Below are positions 24,551-36,693 of a stretch of 64,000 bases of DNA, piece after piece (positions within the stretch are counted from its first letter, which is position 1; every line of letters begins with the position of its first letter). The stretch is from Octopus bimaculoides (Eukaryota), in contig NC_068987.1 in NCBI RefSeq assembly GCF_001194135.2, positions 103,845,233 to 103,909,232 on the forward strand, read 5' to 3'. The notes under the pieces are model-generated. The model saw only the letters and a program-made list of their open reading frames with translations. It was not told the origin of the DNA and did not search any database. Position numbers and translations under genes: made by a program.

Positions 24551-26851
24551 AGAATCTATGAATAAATGGTCTATCTATTCCACTCGGTCACTGTACCAAT
24601 ACTAAAACAAGAAAAACAATCTGTAACTCGTAACGGGACAGCAGGTAACCCCTAAATATTTTGTGTCAATGTTGTTTTTCTAAAAATCAAGTCAACCCTG
24701 CATGAGAAGACCTCTTAGTAAAAGCATTCCAGCCATGACCATTCCGTCTTTTATCATGTATACATGTAAATAATAAACAATATAAAAGAATAAAAACACA
24801 AACAAAAGCAAATTTATTCAGCAGGTATTTCATCCTCCCAGCATTCCCTGAGATGTTTGACGTTTCTGTAATAAATAAATACCTTTTTTTTTTAAGAGAC
24901 AGTTTCGCCCATTCGTCTGTTAACGTGGTAGTGCAATGCCTTCGAGGAGTTAAGTGAAATTGTGGCAAGTACTTCATGTAAAAAAAGTTCGTTTAATGAA
25001 TGATGTAAGGGGAGTAACTCATAAAGAAGAGTTACTTCCCTTCAATAGATGTAAACAAAATATTTCCATTAGCCATCACGCGCACTCAATATGCTTCCCA
25101 ATTACGTGGTTTCTGCTCAGTCCCTGCAGCTTGGGCAAATGTCTTCTGTAGACTTAGCCCCATGAAACTTGTGAGTAGATTCGGTAGACGGATACTGAAA
25201 GAAATCCATCTGTGTGCGTTCACTGTTATACAAACCATATAACTCGTTTCCGAACTGCCACGAAAATAGGTCTCGTCTTGGCTAGATATTACGTTGCTTG
25301 AAAACAAGGGTGAACGACAGGTAGAGCATCCAGCCATAGAAAATTTGCTTCAACGAATTGTTTTACTCGTGCAAGCATGGAAAAGAGGTCCTGATATTTA
25401 TGATGATGTTGATGAAAACAATGATCTCCACACGCACACAAACAATATGCGTGCGTGTGTGTATGTGTGTACATATGGTTGTAGACTAGAGAAAAATATA
25501 TTCATATTTTGTTGGACTCAAAGTCAAGGATTAAATGTATTGATACTATAACTTCTCACTGAGCTTTTCCATTCTATAAATCAGACCATTTTTCAATGAA
25601 CTGATTGCCTCCAGCAAAGAGTACATACACGTGTGTATTATATTCATATATAATATCGTTAGCTGCATTTTTACACCTGTTTCCTGTGCTAGTGTGTGAC
25701 TTGCCATGGTGGGAGGGGTGGGGGGGTCTTTCATTTCAGCATCCTGAGATTAACCTTTACAATTTCCCTCCATGTCTTCTGTCTACTTATATCGTTGTTT
25801 TAATGTCCACTTTTCTATNNNNNNNNNNNNNNNNNNNNNNNNNNNNNNNNNNNNNNNNNNNNNNNNNNNNNNNNNNNNNNNNNNNNNNNNNNNNNNNNNN
25901 NNNNNNNNNNNNNNNNNNNNNNNNNNNNNNNNNNNNNNNNNNNNNNNNNNNNNNNNNNNNNNNNNNNNNNNNNNNNNNNNNNNNNNNNNNNNNNNNNNNN
26001 NNNNNNNNNNNNNNNNNNNNNNNNNNNNNNNNNNNNNNNNNNNNNNNNNNNNNNNNNNNNNNNNNNNNNNNNNNNNNNNNNNNNNNNNNNNNNNNNNNNN
26101 NNNNNNNNNNNNNNNNNNNNNNNNNNNNNNNNNNNNNNNNNNNNNNNNNNNNNNNNNNNNNNNNNNNNNNNNNNNNNNNNNNNNNNNNNNNNNNNNNNNN
26201 NNNNNNNNNNNNNNNNNNNNNNNNNNNNNNNNNNNNNNNNNNNNNNNNNNNNNNNNNNNNNNNNNNNNNNNNNNNNNNNNNNNNNNNNNNNNNNNNNNNN
26301 NNNNNNNNNNNNNNNNNNNNNNNNNNNNNNNNNNNNNNNNNNNNNNNNNNNNNNNNNNNNNNNNNNNNNNNNNNNNNNNNNNNNNNNNNNNNNNNNNNNN
26401 NNNNNNNNNNNNNNNNNNNNNNNNNNNNNNNNNNNNNNNNNNNNNNNNNNNNNNNNNNNNNNNNNNNNNNNNNNNNNNNNNNNNNNNNNNNNNNNNNNNN
26501 NNNNNNNNNNNNNNNNNNNNNNNNNNNNNNNNNNNNNGATTAGGCAATACTTCACCGAGAGGAGATATAAGCTTCTGTTTATTCCTGTCTGAAGTATCGT
26601 CCGATGAATTTACTTTGTTGACATTCTTCATCGACAGAATTTTTATTCCTTTCAACCTCAGTAACATACTGTCCATATAATCTTAAATATTTCTTTAACT
26701 CAGGCACAGCAAGTACTTCGATAGCTGAATCATCAAGCTGCTTTATATCCATGATAAGACGTAAAACAATAACAATGACGTGGGTAGCCTCCGGAAGTTT
26801 AATTATCTACATGGAGCACCGCCTAGCCAAGGGAGATAACCTACTTATAGG

Positions 26852-26958
26852 AAAGCCCTATAGTAGACGACACTTGCCCAAAGTACCATGCAGTAGAACT
26901 GAACCTGAAACCAAGTAGCTGGGAAGCAAACTTCTTACCACACAGCCACACCTGCACA
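26852..26958 (-). mobile_element. SINE family A head fragment in the probable SLC25A19 3' UTR
   Basis: Minus strand gtgcaggtgtggctgtgtggtaagaagtttgcttccc..ggttcagttctactgcatggtactttgggcaagtgtc, ~50 nt past the stop codon. Confidence 0.8.
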
Positions 26959-27010
26959 CAAACATATTTATCTAAAATAATATATATTGAATATCTAACC
27001 TTTACTATCG

Positions 27011-27312
27011 TCACCTCCATTTCGAGAGGAGACCACAAGTCATTTCATACATCATAAATGTAACACCACTCACAGACCCTGCTTTCAACATAGTTGGGAA
27101 TAATCCTTTGTACAAACCCCGTATTCCTTCTTCAAAGAAAACCCACTGGAGACAGCTGACCATGCCACTGTAGGAGCGTACTTTACCAAATTGACACCGA
27201 GCCTCCTTAAAGCCCTGTACTTGCAGACGTTTCTTAACAACATCAAAAGGATAGACGATTAGTTTGGCAGACATCCCACTGCTAAGTCCACTTATGAAAG
27301 TTTTAATTTGAT
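27011..27312 (-). CDS. SLC25A19: SLC25A19 coding exon 5 (last)
   Basis: Acceptor tttcag|AT (phase 1). (N)QIKTFISGLSSGMSAKLIVYPFDVVKKRLQVQGFKEARCQFGKV...EEGIRGLYKGLFPTMLKA...LLSKWR*. Third carrier motif PFDVVKKR and the TPP-carrier-typical LQVQGFxxAR..FG. Confidence 0.95.
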
Positions 27313-27366
27313 CTGAAATTAGAAAATTTAACTCTTCCCAAAATATATACACATTAATTGTTCTGA

Positions 27367-27405
<39 letters not shown>

Positions 27406-28396
27406 ACTACTATATCGCAAACATATACATTGACAAATGTTTAAATTCATGGTGTCCCAGAGTTAATCTATTTCAAAAAAAATCAGGAAAATTTTTTTAA
27501 TTTAAAGCTGTAAGTTTACATATGGGAGTATGTATTGCAGTAAATGAATCTGTTAAAGGAATCTGAGATGGGTAATAAATGNNNNNNNNNNNNNNNNNNN
27601 NNNNNNNNNNNNNNNNNNNNNNNNNNNNNNNNNNNNNNNNNNNNNNNNNNNNNNNNNNNNNNNNNNNNNNNNNNNNNNNNNNNNNNNNNNNNNNNNNNNN
27701 NNNNNNNNNNNNNNNNNNNNNNNNNNNNNNNNNNNNNNNNNNNNNNNNNNNNNNNNNNNNNNNNNNNNNNNNNNNNNNNNNNNNNNNNNNNNNNNNNNNN
27801 NNNNNNNNNNNNNNNNNNNNNNNNNNNNNNNNNNNNNNNNNNNNNNNNNNNNNNNNNNNNNNNNNNNNNNNNNNNNNNNNNNNNNNNNNNNNNNNNNNNN
27901 NNNNNNNNNNNNNNNNNNNNNNNNNNNNNNNNNNNNNNNNNNNNNNNNNNNNNNNNNNNNNNNNNNNNNNNNNNNNNNNNNNNNNNNNNNNNNNNNNNNN
28001 NNNNNNNNNNNNNNNNNNNNNNNNNNNNNNNNNNNNNNNNNNNNNNNNNNNNNNNNNNNNNNNNNNNNNNNNNNNNNNNNNNNNNNNNNNNNNNNNNNNN
28101 NNNNNNNNNNNNNNNNNNNNNNNNNNNNNNNNNNNNNNNNNNNNNNNNNNNNNNNNNNNNNNNNNNNNNNNNNNNNNNNNNNNNNNNNNNNNNNNNNNNN
28201 NNNNNNNNNNNNNNNNNNNNNNNNNNNNNNNNNNNNNNNNNNNNNNNNNNNNNNNNNNNNNNNNNNNNNNNNNNNNNNNNNNNNNNNNNNNNNNNNNNNN
28301 NNNNNNNNNNNNNNNNNNNNNNNNNNNNNNNNNNNNNNNNNNNNNNNNNNNNNNNNNNNNNNNNNNNNNNNNNNNNNNNNNNNNNNNNNNNNNNNN

Positions 28397-28708
28397 TGTG
28401 AGTGTTTATTGAGCGAAAACACCTAAAGCTCCACGAGGTTCCGGCAGGGGATGGTGGCGAACCCTGCTGTACTCTTTCACCACAACTTTCTCTCACTCTT
28501 ACTTCCTGTTTCTGTTGTGCCTGTAATGCAAAAGGGTCAGCCTTGTCACACTCTGTGTCACGCTGAATATCCCCCGAGAACTACGTTAAGGGTACACGTG
28601 TCTGTGGAGTGCTCAGCCACTTGCATGTTAATTTCACGAGCAGGCTGTTCCGTTGATCGGATCAACTGGAACCCTCGGCGTCATAAGCGACGGAGTACCA
28701 ACAACAAA
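28397..28708 (+). mobile_element. 3' part of a SINE-like repeat ending in a (CAA) tail, in SLC25A19 intron 4
   Basis: CpG-retaining non-coding stretch emerging from a gap and ending acggagtaccaacaacaaaac. Family identity not established. Confidence 0.45.
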
Positions 28709-28713
28709 ACTTA

Positions 28714-29345
28714 CAAAGTGTTATCAAAAACTTCCCGGACTAGTTATGTTTAATAAAAAATAACTTATTCAACTAAGTTTTAGCATCATCTCCTTCGAAA
28801 TAATCACCTTGTGCAGCAATACACTGGTCCCGGCTTTCCTGCCACTTTTGGAATCTGGCCTGGAAGTCATTTTCAGTAAACAAGTCAAGGACCTTCTGTG
28901 ATTCCCTCCGGATCTCAACGACAGTGTTAAAACAGCAACCTTTGAGCTACCTTTTCATCTTGAGGAAGAGATGGAAGTCTGCAGGGGCTAAATCTGGTGA
29001 ATAGGGCAAGTGTGGAAGCAATACCATGTTGGGTTTGGCAAGAATATAACAATTGAGGAGAGCTCAGTAACAAGGTACATGGTCATCGTGAAGAATCCAA
29101 TTCTTCATGCTCTACAGATCCAATAGCTTTCACCAAATGTCCTCACTCAGACCCAAACGCTTCAAAATGTTGCAGTAGAACTCTCAATTGATCGTCTGGT
29201 CCCGGAGGACAAATTCTCAATGCACAATACCACATGTCCAGGGATGACACTCATGGCAGGTCTTCCAGGAACATTCTTCTGCTTTTGAAGCACCTGTGCC
29301 ACTCGAAATATTGTGTCTGACCCATTGCCTCATCACTGTAAGCTT
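28714..29345 (-). mobile_element. Internally deleted mariner element in SLC25A19 intron 4
   Basis: Minus-strand HTH region AYSDEAMGQTQYFEWHRCFKS and catalytic LLPHLPYSPDLAPADFHLF (YSPDLAP motif). Terminus TA|caaagtgttatcaaaaacttcccggac. Confidence 0.85.
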
Positions 29346-29801
29346 GGGCACTTTCATGTGGCACTTCTGTGTGGCACCGCATGGGCACCACATGGCTGCT
29401 TTTACATGGCCCTGCCACCAGTGCTTGACACCACCAGAAGGACAAGTCTTAACACTTCTACTGCAAAGTATGCGTCTTCTTGAATACAGCAAGCTGCCAG
29501 GTATCTGAGTCTATTGAAATCTCGCCTGAAAGGTTCAGCGTCCTGAGGGCCTTCTTCAGTACTTCACCCCATGTCTTCCTGCGTCTCCCCTACTTCCATG
29601 TGCTCTGTCCACTTTGAGAGATCAGCACTTTTTTATGGCGTTGTCAGCATCCATCCGCATCACATGAAACTAAACTAGGTTATACTTTCCCAAGACAGGT
29701 GCATTTCAGTAAAATAGAACCAAGGAGCATAAAATTAATTGTGAAACCAACTTCTAAACCAAACTGACATTCTTGCAACAGAAACAAGTGTAAATACTCA
29801 C

Positions 29802-29991
29802 TTTCAATACTAAATGTAGAATGAGTTTTCCTATCATTCCCTAAAATTGATGTAAAAACTGTATGGAATCCAAAGGTGAGACCTGTTTGAGGGGCGACAA
29901 GGACAAGTGAAGGACCAATGCCACACCAAAAGCCTAAGATACCTTCTTGTTGAACAATTCTGACCCCTGCTGAGAAGATTGATTTATATAC
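29802..29991 (-). CDS. SLC25A19: SLC25A19 coding exon 4
   Basis: Acceptor ctttcag|GTA, donor A|gtgagt, 190 nt. VYKSIFSAGVRIVQQEGILGFWCGIGPSLVLVAPQTGLTFGFHTVFTSILGNDRKTHSTFSIE. Phase links exon 3 (0) to exon 5 (1). Not captured in the ORF track. Confidence 0.93.
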
Positions 29992-30019
29992 CTGAAAGTT
30001 TGGAAAAGAAATTAATTAA

Positions 30020-30250
30020 TGACGACAGTGATGACAATGGTAACGGTGATGATGATGGTGGTGAGGACAATGGCGATGACAGTGGCGATGATGATGATGA
30101 TGACAAAAGTAGCAATGACAAAGGCAATGGTGATGGTTATAATGATGATGATGATGGCGACAACTGTGGTGGCAACGACCATGGTGACGGCTGTGGTGAT
30201 GACCATGGTGACAACCGTGGTGATGACGACAATCATGGTGATGTCAGCAA
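30020..30250. repeat. (GAT/GAC/GGT) low-complexity trinucleotide tract
   Basis: gatgatgatggtggtgaggacaatggcgatgac..., intronic and adjacent to the exon 4 acceptor. Confidence 0.8.
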
Positions 30251-31176
30251 TGTTAGCATGCACTCAAATGTAGCAAAGAGTGACAAAAAATGTCCTCTCT
30301 TATTTTTTTTCCGAGAGTCTGCACAGAAATTTCTTTGTATACAAATTTTTGTCTCTCTTTGCAAAGTACAGGTACAATTATGTGAATAACCATTACTCAA
30401 ATGCCATACTGGCACAAAGGTAAATAAAACACCAGTTTTAAGGGTGTATTACTTAATATTTTATCATGTATTTAAAATGCTTTTTAATTTTGAAGAGCAA
30501 ATACCCCCATTTCACACAAATGGTGTGTAATTTGAAATGATTTTAAATTTAAATTTTTCTGGCACAGAAAATATGAATTCATTAAACAAAAGTATTTATG
30601 TAATTAACCAATCATGAAATTTAAGACAAATGGCATTAACCTTGTTCTCATTTTGCCCTTCTGTACACAAGTTGTAGCTTGTGTAAACACAACTTTGGGG
30701 AAACCTCAGTGTACATAGCTACACACATACACACACATATACACAAAAGATCCTTTAGTCTTGTTGAAGACATACCAAAGCTTAGTGCTGGTGCCATGAT
30801 AAAATGCACCAAATACATTCTGTGAAGTACAGAGTCAAGCGGATCCTTTACTTTTGTCAAGGACATGACAACCTCTCAGCTACTCATGCCATGATAAAAT
30901 GCACTGAGCACATTCTGTATAATGGTCAATGTTAAGAAAGGAAGGTATCCAGCTGTAGAAGCCAAACCAAACATGGAACATAAGTGAAATATGGTCCTAG
31001 GTTCCATCAAAGAAAGCAGAAACCCCAAATAAGAAATGTCACCACAAAGAAAACAGCCTAAACAAAAGAAAAAAAACCCATTATGATGCATGTACACACA
31101 CGTGCATACACACACACACACACACACACACCATTGTAATCTTTCATATGAGAAAAAGAAAAGAGTAGTGCCTTAC

Positions 31177-31356
31177 CTTTGGTTCACCTTGTGCCACAAA
31201 CCTTGTCCTCAATAGATCGATGGGTTGGACAACTACAGTGGACACAGCCCCTGACATTGAACCACAAACCAAACTGATCAATGGCTTGTTCTTAGAAAAG
31301 AACTCATTCGGGACACAATGATAGGTTAATTTAGAAAAAAATTCATATGAAGAAAA
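31177..31356 (-). CDS. SLC25A19: SLC25A19 coding exon 3
   Basis: Acceptor ttttccag|TTT, donor AAG|gtaagg, 180 nt. FSSYEFFSKLTYHCVPNEFFSKNKPLISLVCGSMSGAVSTVVVQPIDLLRTRFVAQGEPK, with the second carrier motif PIDLLRTR and the TPP-carrier-typical RFxAQGEPK. Confidence 0.95.
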
Positions 31357-31399
31357 CTGGAAAAGAAAACAAAATCACAATATAAAATACAATAGACAG

Positions 31400-31797
31400 G
31401 TGCAGGTGTAACTGTGAGGTTGAGAAGCTTGCTTCCCAACCATGTAGTCTTGGGTTCAATCCTACTGTATGGTAGCTTGAGCAAGTGACTTCTATGAATG
31501 CCCAGGGTCAACTAAAGCCTTGTGAGAGGAGTTGGTAAATAGAAACTGAAAGAAGCCCATAGATATACATGTGTGCATATTTATATATGTGTGTGTGTGT
31601 TTGCCTCCCGCCACCGCTTGACAACCAGTGTTGGTTCATTTATGGCCCATAACTTAGTAGTTTCACAAAAGAGAACAACAGAATAAGCACCAGACTTTAA
31701 AATAATCACTGAGTTGATTTGTTCCACTAAACTCTTGAAGGTAAGGCCCCAGCATGGGCACAGTCCAATGACTGAAACAAGTAAACAGTAAAAGACA
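31400..31797 (+). mobile_element. SINE family A copy in SLC25A19 intron 2
   Basis: Head caggtgtaactgtgaggttgagaagcttgcttccc..gggttcaatcc, core agaaactgaaagaagccc, tail gactgaaacaagtaaacagtaaaaga. Confidence 0.8.
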
Positions 31798-31980
31798 ACT
31801 AATAACCAAGTATTGGGAGCTATTCAGTTGACATTAACACTTCATCATCATCACCATTTAACAGCTGTTTTCCATGACGGTTTGACTTGACTACTAGGGT
31901 CGATGAAATTGATTAGTCCCCTCCCCCAAAATTTCAGGTCTTGTGCCTTTAGTAGAAAGAATTATTATTACTACCGTCAT

Positions 31981-32015
<35 letters not shown>

Positions 32016-33572
32016 ATGAGAAAATAAGTTTTGTAAGAAACAATGTCTTTCAGAAATCCCATGTTATTTTGACACAGGTACCAGTAAGATACCTAGATTA
32101 GTTCAATAAACTGTGTTCACTCTAAGAAACATTCTGAATTCAAAAGCCACCGAGGTCGACTTAGCCTTTCATCCTTTCAGAATCGATAAAATAAATACCA
32201 ATACTGGGGTTGATGACTAGCTCCCTCCCCCCAAATTTTTAGACCCTGTGCCTCTAATAGAAAGGATTATTAATTGTTGTTGTTGTTATTATTATTACCT
32301 CTGCCTTAGTGAAGGTGGATGTCTCAAGAACCGCTGGATGGATTCAAATGAAATTTTCAGGGATGTTTTGCTGCGTGACTGGCACAAATTAATTATATTT
32401 TGGGATCAATCCAGTACCGGACAAGGGTTCTGGATTATGTATTATATTTACTTTACATGAAGTATTACGATCCTTCAAGTCTTTTTTCTGATCATCTCCC
32501 TTGAAAGAACACTCTTGGTTTCCAACTAAGTTATGGCAGCATCGTTGTCTCCAAAGTTTTAATTTTCATTTCTCTATTAATTATACTCACGTCTATCTTA
32601 GTAGAAATTGATGGATAAAGAAATCAAACTACGAACCTGCGAGATTAGGGATGCTCAGCTGGAGAGGATTTCAAGGGACAAGCCTGTGTGACGGCAATGG
32701 TAATGAAGATGATGATCATCACAACAATTTAAAATATCGAAAGAGTTAATGACTGTTATGAAAACTGATAGTGTTAACACCATGTGACACAATTTTTGTC
32801 CTTGTGTAGTAACTGCTATTTCCAATTTGGTCACCCCTAAGAAAGTATGAAAAATGGCTATTTCCCTCAAACATTTACTGAAACCCCCAAAGAATCCCTC
32901 TCAACACATGGCTATGATGCTGTTCTACTGCTCCTGAGCAGAGAAGCACATATCATCAGCCACTAAGGGGCATGCTCAAATGGTTAAGGTCAAGCAGTTG
33001 ACAAGCAAACCTGTGGTATTTAGCAGAATTTTTTTTTTTATATATATACCCAGACCTACTACCCATTTTCTTAGGAGTGGGTAGCCACAACAAGACACAC
33101 ACCAGGCATTCCATCCATTTCCCAGTTCAAAGAGGTGAGCTGGAAAATTAATGGAATGCTTGTTGTGTCTTGTTGTGGCTACCCACTCCTAAAAAAAAGG
33201 GGAATAGGCCAAGGTATATAAAAATAATAATAATAATACATGCTATATTTCTACTTCAGCAACTCAGCGCTGAATGTCTGAAATGTAATGTAATGGAAAA
33301 AAAATCAGTTTCAAAATATTGAAGTCCAGGTCACAAAATCAAAGTTTGAAGGGAATAGTAGCCATTTCCTTTGGTTTCTAGATAAAAGCAAATACAAAAT
33401 AACACTTACTGACCAAAGACAAAAAAAAATTTGTTACACAGTGTAATGAGAAGGATAATGAACATGATTAATGAGTGACAGTGGTGATAAGGGGATCACC
33501 ACAAAACGGATTATTATGACAACAATGGCAAGGATGGTGATGATGGTGATGATTATGCAATATGTTACTTAC

Positions 33573-33728
33573 TTGCACCATCCCATAAAAGACAGTCAGA
33601 AACTGAGCAGGAATGTGGCCCTTCCATAATGCCTTCACACCTTCCTCTTTTGACATTGTGACAATGGTATGCAGGAAACCATGGTATTTAGAGCCAATGG
33701 AGAACTTCGATACAGGTTCAATTTGAAG
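33573..33728 (-). CDS. SLC25A19: SLC25A19 coding exon 2
   Basis: Acceptor ccatgtag|CTT, donor CAA|gtaagt, 156 nt. LQIEPVSKFSIGSKYHGFLHTIVTMSKEEGVKALWKGHIPAQFLTVFYGMVQ (EEGxxAxWKGHxPAQ is typical of TPP carriers). Confidence 0.96.
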
Positions 33729-34567
33729 CTACATGGAATATACATACAAACATAATCATCTTCATCATTATCATTTAATTATTATCATTATCATATAAAA
33801 ACATCATTAGTTTTATTTTGATTGGTGAATTTTTATTTTTAATCAAAAAATTTCTTATTTGTTCTCTTCCCAGGCAATGGGAGTGATAAGATTTATATGC
33901 ATGCGAACAAAATATCTAGAGGATTTAGTTACCTCTTTTTACATTTCCAGTTCAAATATTGCTTGGGTCAGCTTTGCTTTCCATGTTTTCTGGGTTAATA
34001 AAATAAATATCTGTCAAGTAATGAGATCAACTGAATCACTTATTTTCCTTCACAAAAAAAAACTGTGGTTTTGTGATTGTGCAAGAAATTCTTAGCCATC
34101 ACTATTTGCAACATGTTAGGTCAGATCAGGTCAAGCCAACAGAAGACAGACTGGTCTTCTCAGCTGACGGGTTTCATGTTCATACCATTACTGTGATGTG
34201 TATTTGAGAAATGTCACCCAGAGAAAAGGCCATTCAACTGACTGAAATGAAGTTGCTCAATGACATACTTGAAGCACTAACCCACAGACATACCATCTCC
34301 ATTCTTTTCCTTTTGCAATAATACATCAGTCTTGTATGGTGTGCAAAGGACATAAGCTTTGCCCGTTCCTCTAGATTGAGAAAATATTTAAAAAAATTAA
34401 ATATAGGAAGAAGTGGCATGGTCAGATCGCAAAAAAGTTGAGATACTGAGGTGGATAGCAATATATTGTGTGGGAGATACATCCCACGTAAACCAACAAA
34501 GGCTCAAAAGAAGCATAATGATGAAGATTACCACCACTGTTAACATAAGGTTGTAAAGATAACTGAC

Positions 34568-34696
34568 CTGTAATCGGATTTTGACAACATCCAAGGGTTG
34601 CAGAAGGAGTCTTGAGACAGCTCCTGAAAGGGCACCAGCAAAAGCATAATCGTAATATGTCAGGTGATGGTCTTGATTAGGGTTGTAGCCAACCAT
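34568..34696 (-). CDS. SLC25A19: SLC25A19 coding exon 1 (exon extends to an acceptor at 34750, giving 54 nt of 5' UTR)
   Basis: MVGYNPNQDHHLTYYDYAFAGALSGAVSRLLLQPLDVVKIRLQ|gtcagt. MVGY N-terminus and PLDVVKIR carrier motif. The upstream acceptor tttgttacag| implies at least one non-coding exon. The five exons total 957 nt = 318 aa + stop. Confidence 0.96.
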
Positions 34697-34822
34697 TGAT
34701 AAAACAGGAGATATTCAGATCCAATGCACATGGAGTCAGAGAAATGAATTCTGTAACAAAAGAAACAAATATTATACACAATGAAATAGTCATTTCATAT
34801 ACACACAGACATTATATATATG

Positions 34823-34861
<39 letters not shown>

Positions 34862-36578
34862 AAGGATGTCTGTGTGTAGTACATATGTATTTCTACAGTT
34901 TTCAACCAATTTTCACCAAACTTTACACACATGACTTATTTGCCAAGAATGGTCATGCACTGTAACATTTTGCCCAGAGCTCCCGCTAAAAGCGAGAAAT
35001 TGGGAATAACAATGTTTTACATGTGTTTCTCTCTAAAAACTTCTGCAGTTTTCAACCAATTCTCTCCCTTGTCTCTTTTCATTTCTCTCTTCTCATTCTC
35101 GGTTTCTCTTGCATACACAGTCTCTCCCACCCTCTGTAATAGTTCCTCTCTTTAACTCACTCACACACTAACCTCTGTCTACAAACTGACTTATGTGTAT
35201 TTCAACTAGTCATGCATAAAAATCTCTGTTGTTACGGTTTTCGTACGTTCTCCCTGAAAAATAATTTAGTTATTTTTAATTTTTGCTCACCCAGTGTGTG
35301 TAAATTCAGTTTTGCCAAATCTCCTAAAAGCCGACATCAGCATATTTTAATTTTGTTGTGCATAAATATCTTTGTTTGTACAGTATTTGTACATTCTCCC
35401 CACAACATTACATTTTAAAAATTTTTTGCACTCCTATTTGAATACACTATTTACATTTCTCCTATCAGAAAACATTATGCATGTCATCGTGCATGTGTAT
35501 GTATGACTGCTGTGGGCCACATACAGTCGATAAAGATTTCAGCCACACCACTGAGCAGTCATGCATTAGAAAAAGCTATCCTAAAGTGGATCAAGTTTTT
35601 TTTCACTCAAGCTATTTTCTTCTAGAGCATTATATGCTCAAACGGAGTTTGTAAGTTCTGTCTACAAATCAACTTCCTTCCGCTGTCAGTCTGTCTGTCT
35701 GTTCCCTGCGCATTCTCAAACAGCTCAACCAAATCAAAGAAAATTTTACAAGGTAATAGTATCAGACCTCATGAGTGTCAACATGCAATTTTTTTTTTTT
35801 TTTCATTTTGATTAAAACAATATAACATTGGAACTGGTTTGGTATTATGTATCAAAAGTGAAAGAATAGGCTCTATATTGTAACTAGCAAACGCACCCAT
35901 CCTTTGGATGGTTTAAGTTGCTTTGGTGATATATTTTTCAACAAATAATTGAACTACCAAGGTTTATGAGTAGCACGGCAACCTACATTTCTGTTTAGTC
36001 TAGGAACAGAAAACCAAATTGAAGGCTGGTTATTGTGGAGGTCATTGCACTTTAATGATCATAGAACATATAAGCTTGCAAGTGATGCAAAGTAGAACTA
36101 CTGAAGTGTTTTGAAAGTAGATTATGGATAATGTCTACAAAATATAGTTGCTTTACATGAAAGCGAAATTTCTTGTCAGAAACAACCACATAAATGGTGT
36201 AAGGAAATTTTAGGAAGACGTTGAAACTTCCCTTCTGCAAGTTAATTTTATTCAATAGCAAAGGGAGCTATTTTTTTGGAGAGAAGTATGATTGGTACAT
36301 TAAAAAATGGCAATATAATCCCTACTTGAAAAAGTAGAGGTAAAGGAATTTATTTGCTATGTGCTTACAGTGTACGACCACTCAGAAATTGACTTCATTG
36401 TGTCAGTGTATGTATGTTGAATGACATAACAAATGGCTGGAGGTGAAACTCTTGACAAAAAACAAATAGGTGCTGGCCAAGGTATATAAAAATACACATT
36501 TACTGTTCAACAACCAGTTCATAATTATCGCAGCAGTTGCAAGGAAGTTACAATTACATATTTACCCTTAAATTAATG

Positions 36579-36693
36579 GAGTCTCAAGACAGAAGTGAGA
36601 TGAGACTTTCCCAAGATCAGCAAAGGCAAGACACAACACATCAAATTGAGTCTCAAGGCAGAAGCAAGATGAGACTTTCTCAAGATCAGTAAA
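36579..36693. repeat. Two ~46-bp direct repeats (period 69) with internal dyad symmetry
   Basis: gagtctcaagacagaagtgagatgagactttcccaagatcagcaaa versus gagtctcaaggcagaagcaagatgagactttctcaagatcagtaaa. Confidence 0.8.

Noticed and set aside
25711-25726. G-rich run gggaggggtggggggg (G-quadruplex-like)
   Set aside because: A single short run next to a gap with no supporting context.
29979-30389. Asp/Gly-rich 136-aa ORF on the plus strand
   Set aside because: Product of the GAT/GAC low-complexity tract, antisense to and overlapping SLC25A19 exon 4.
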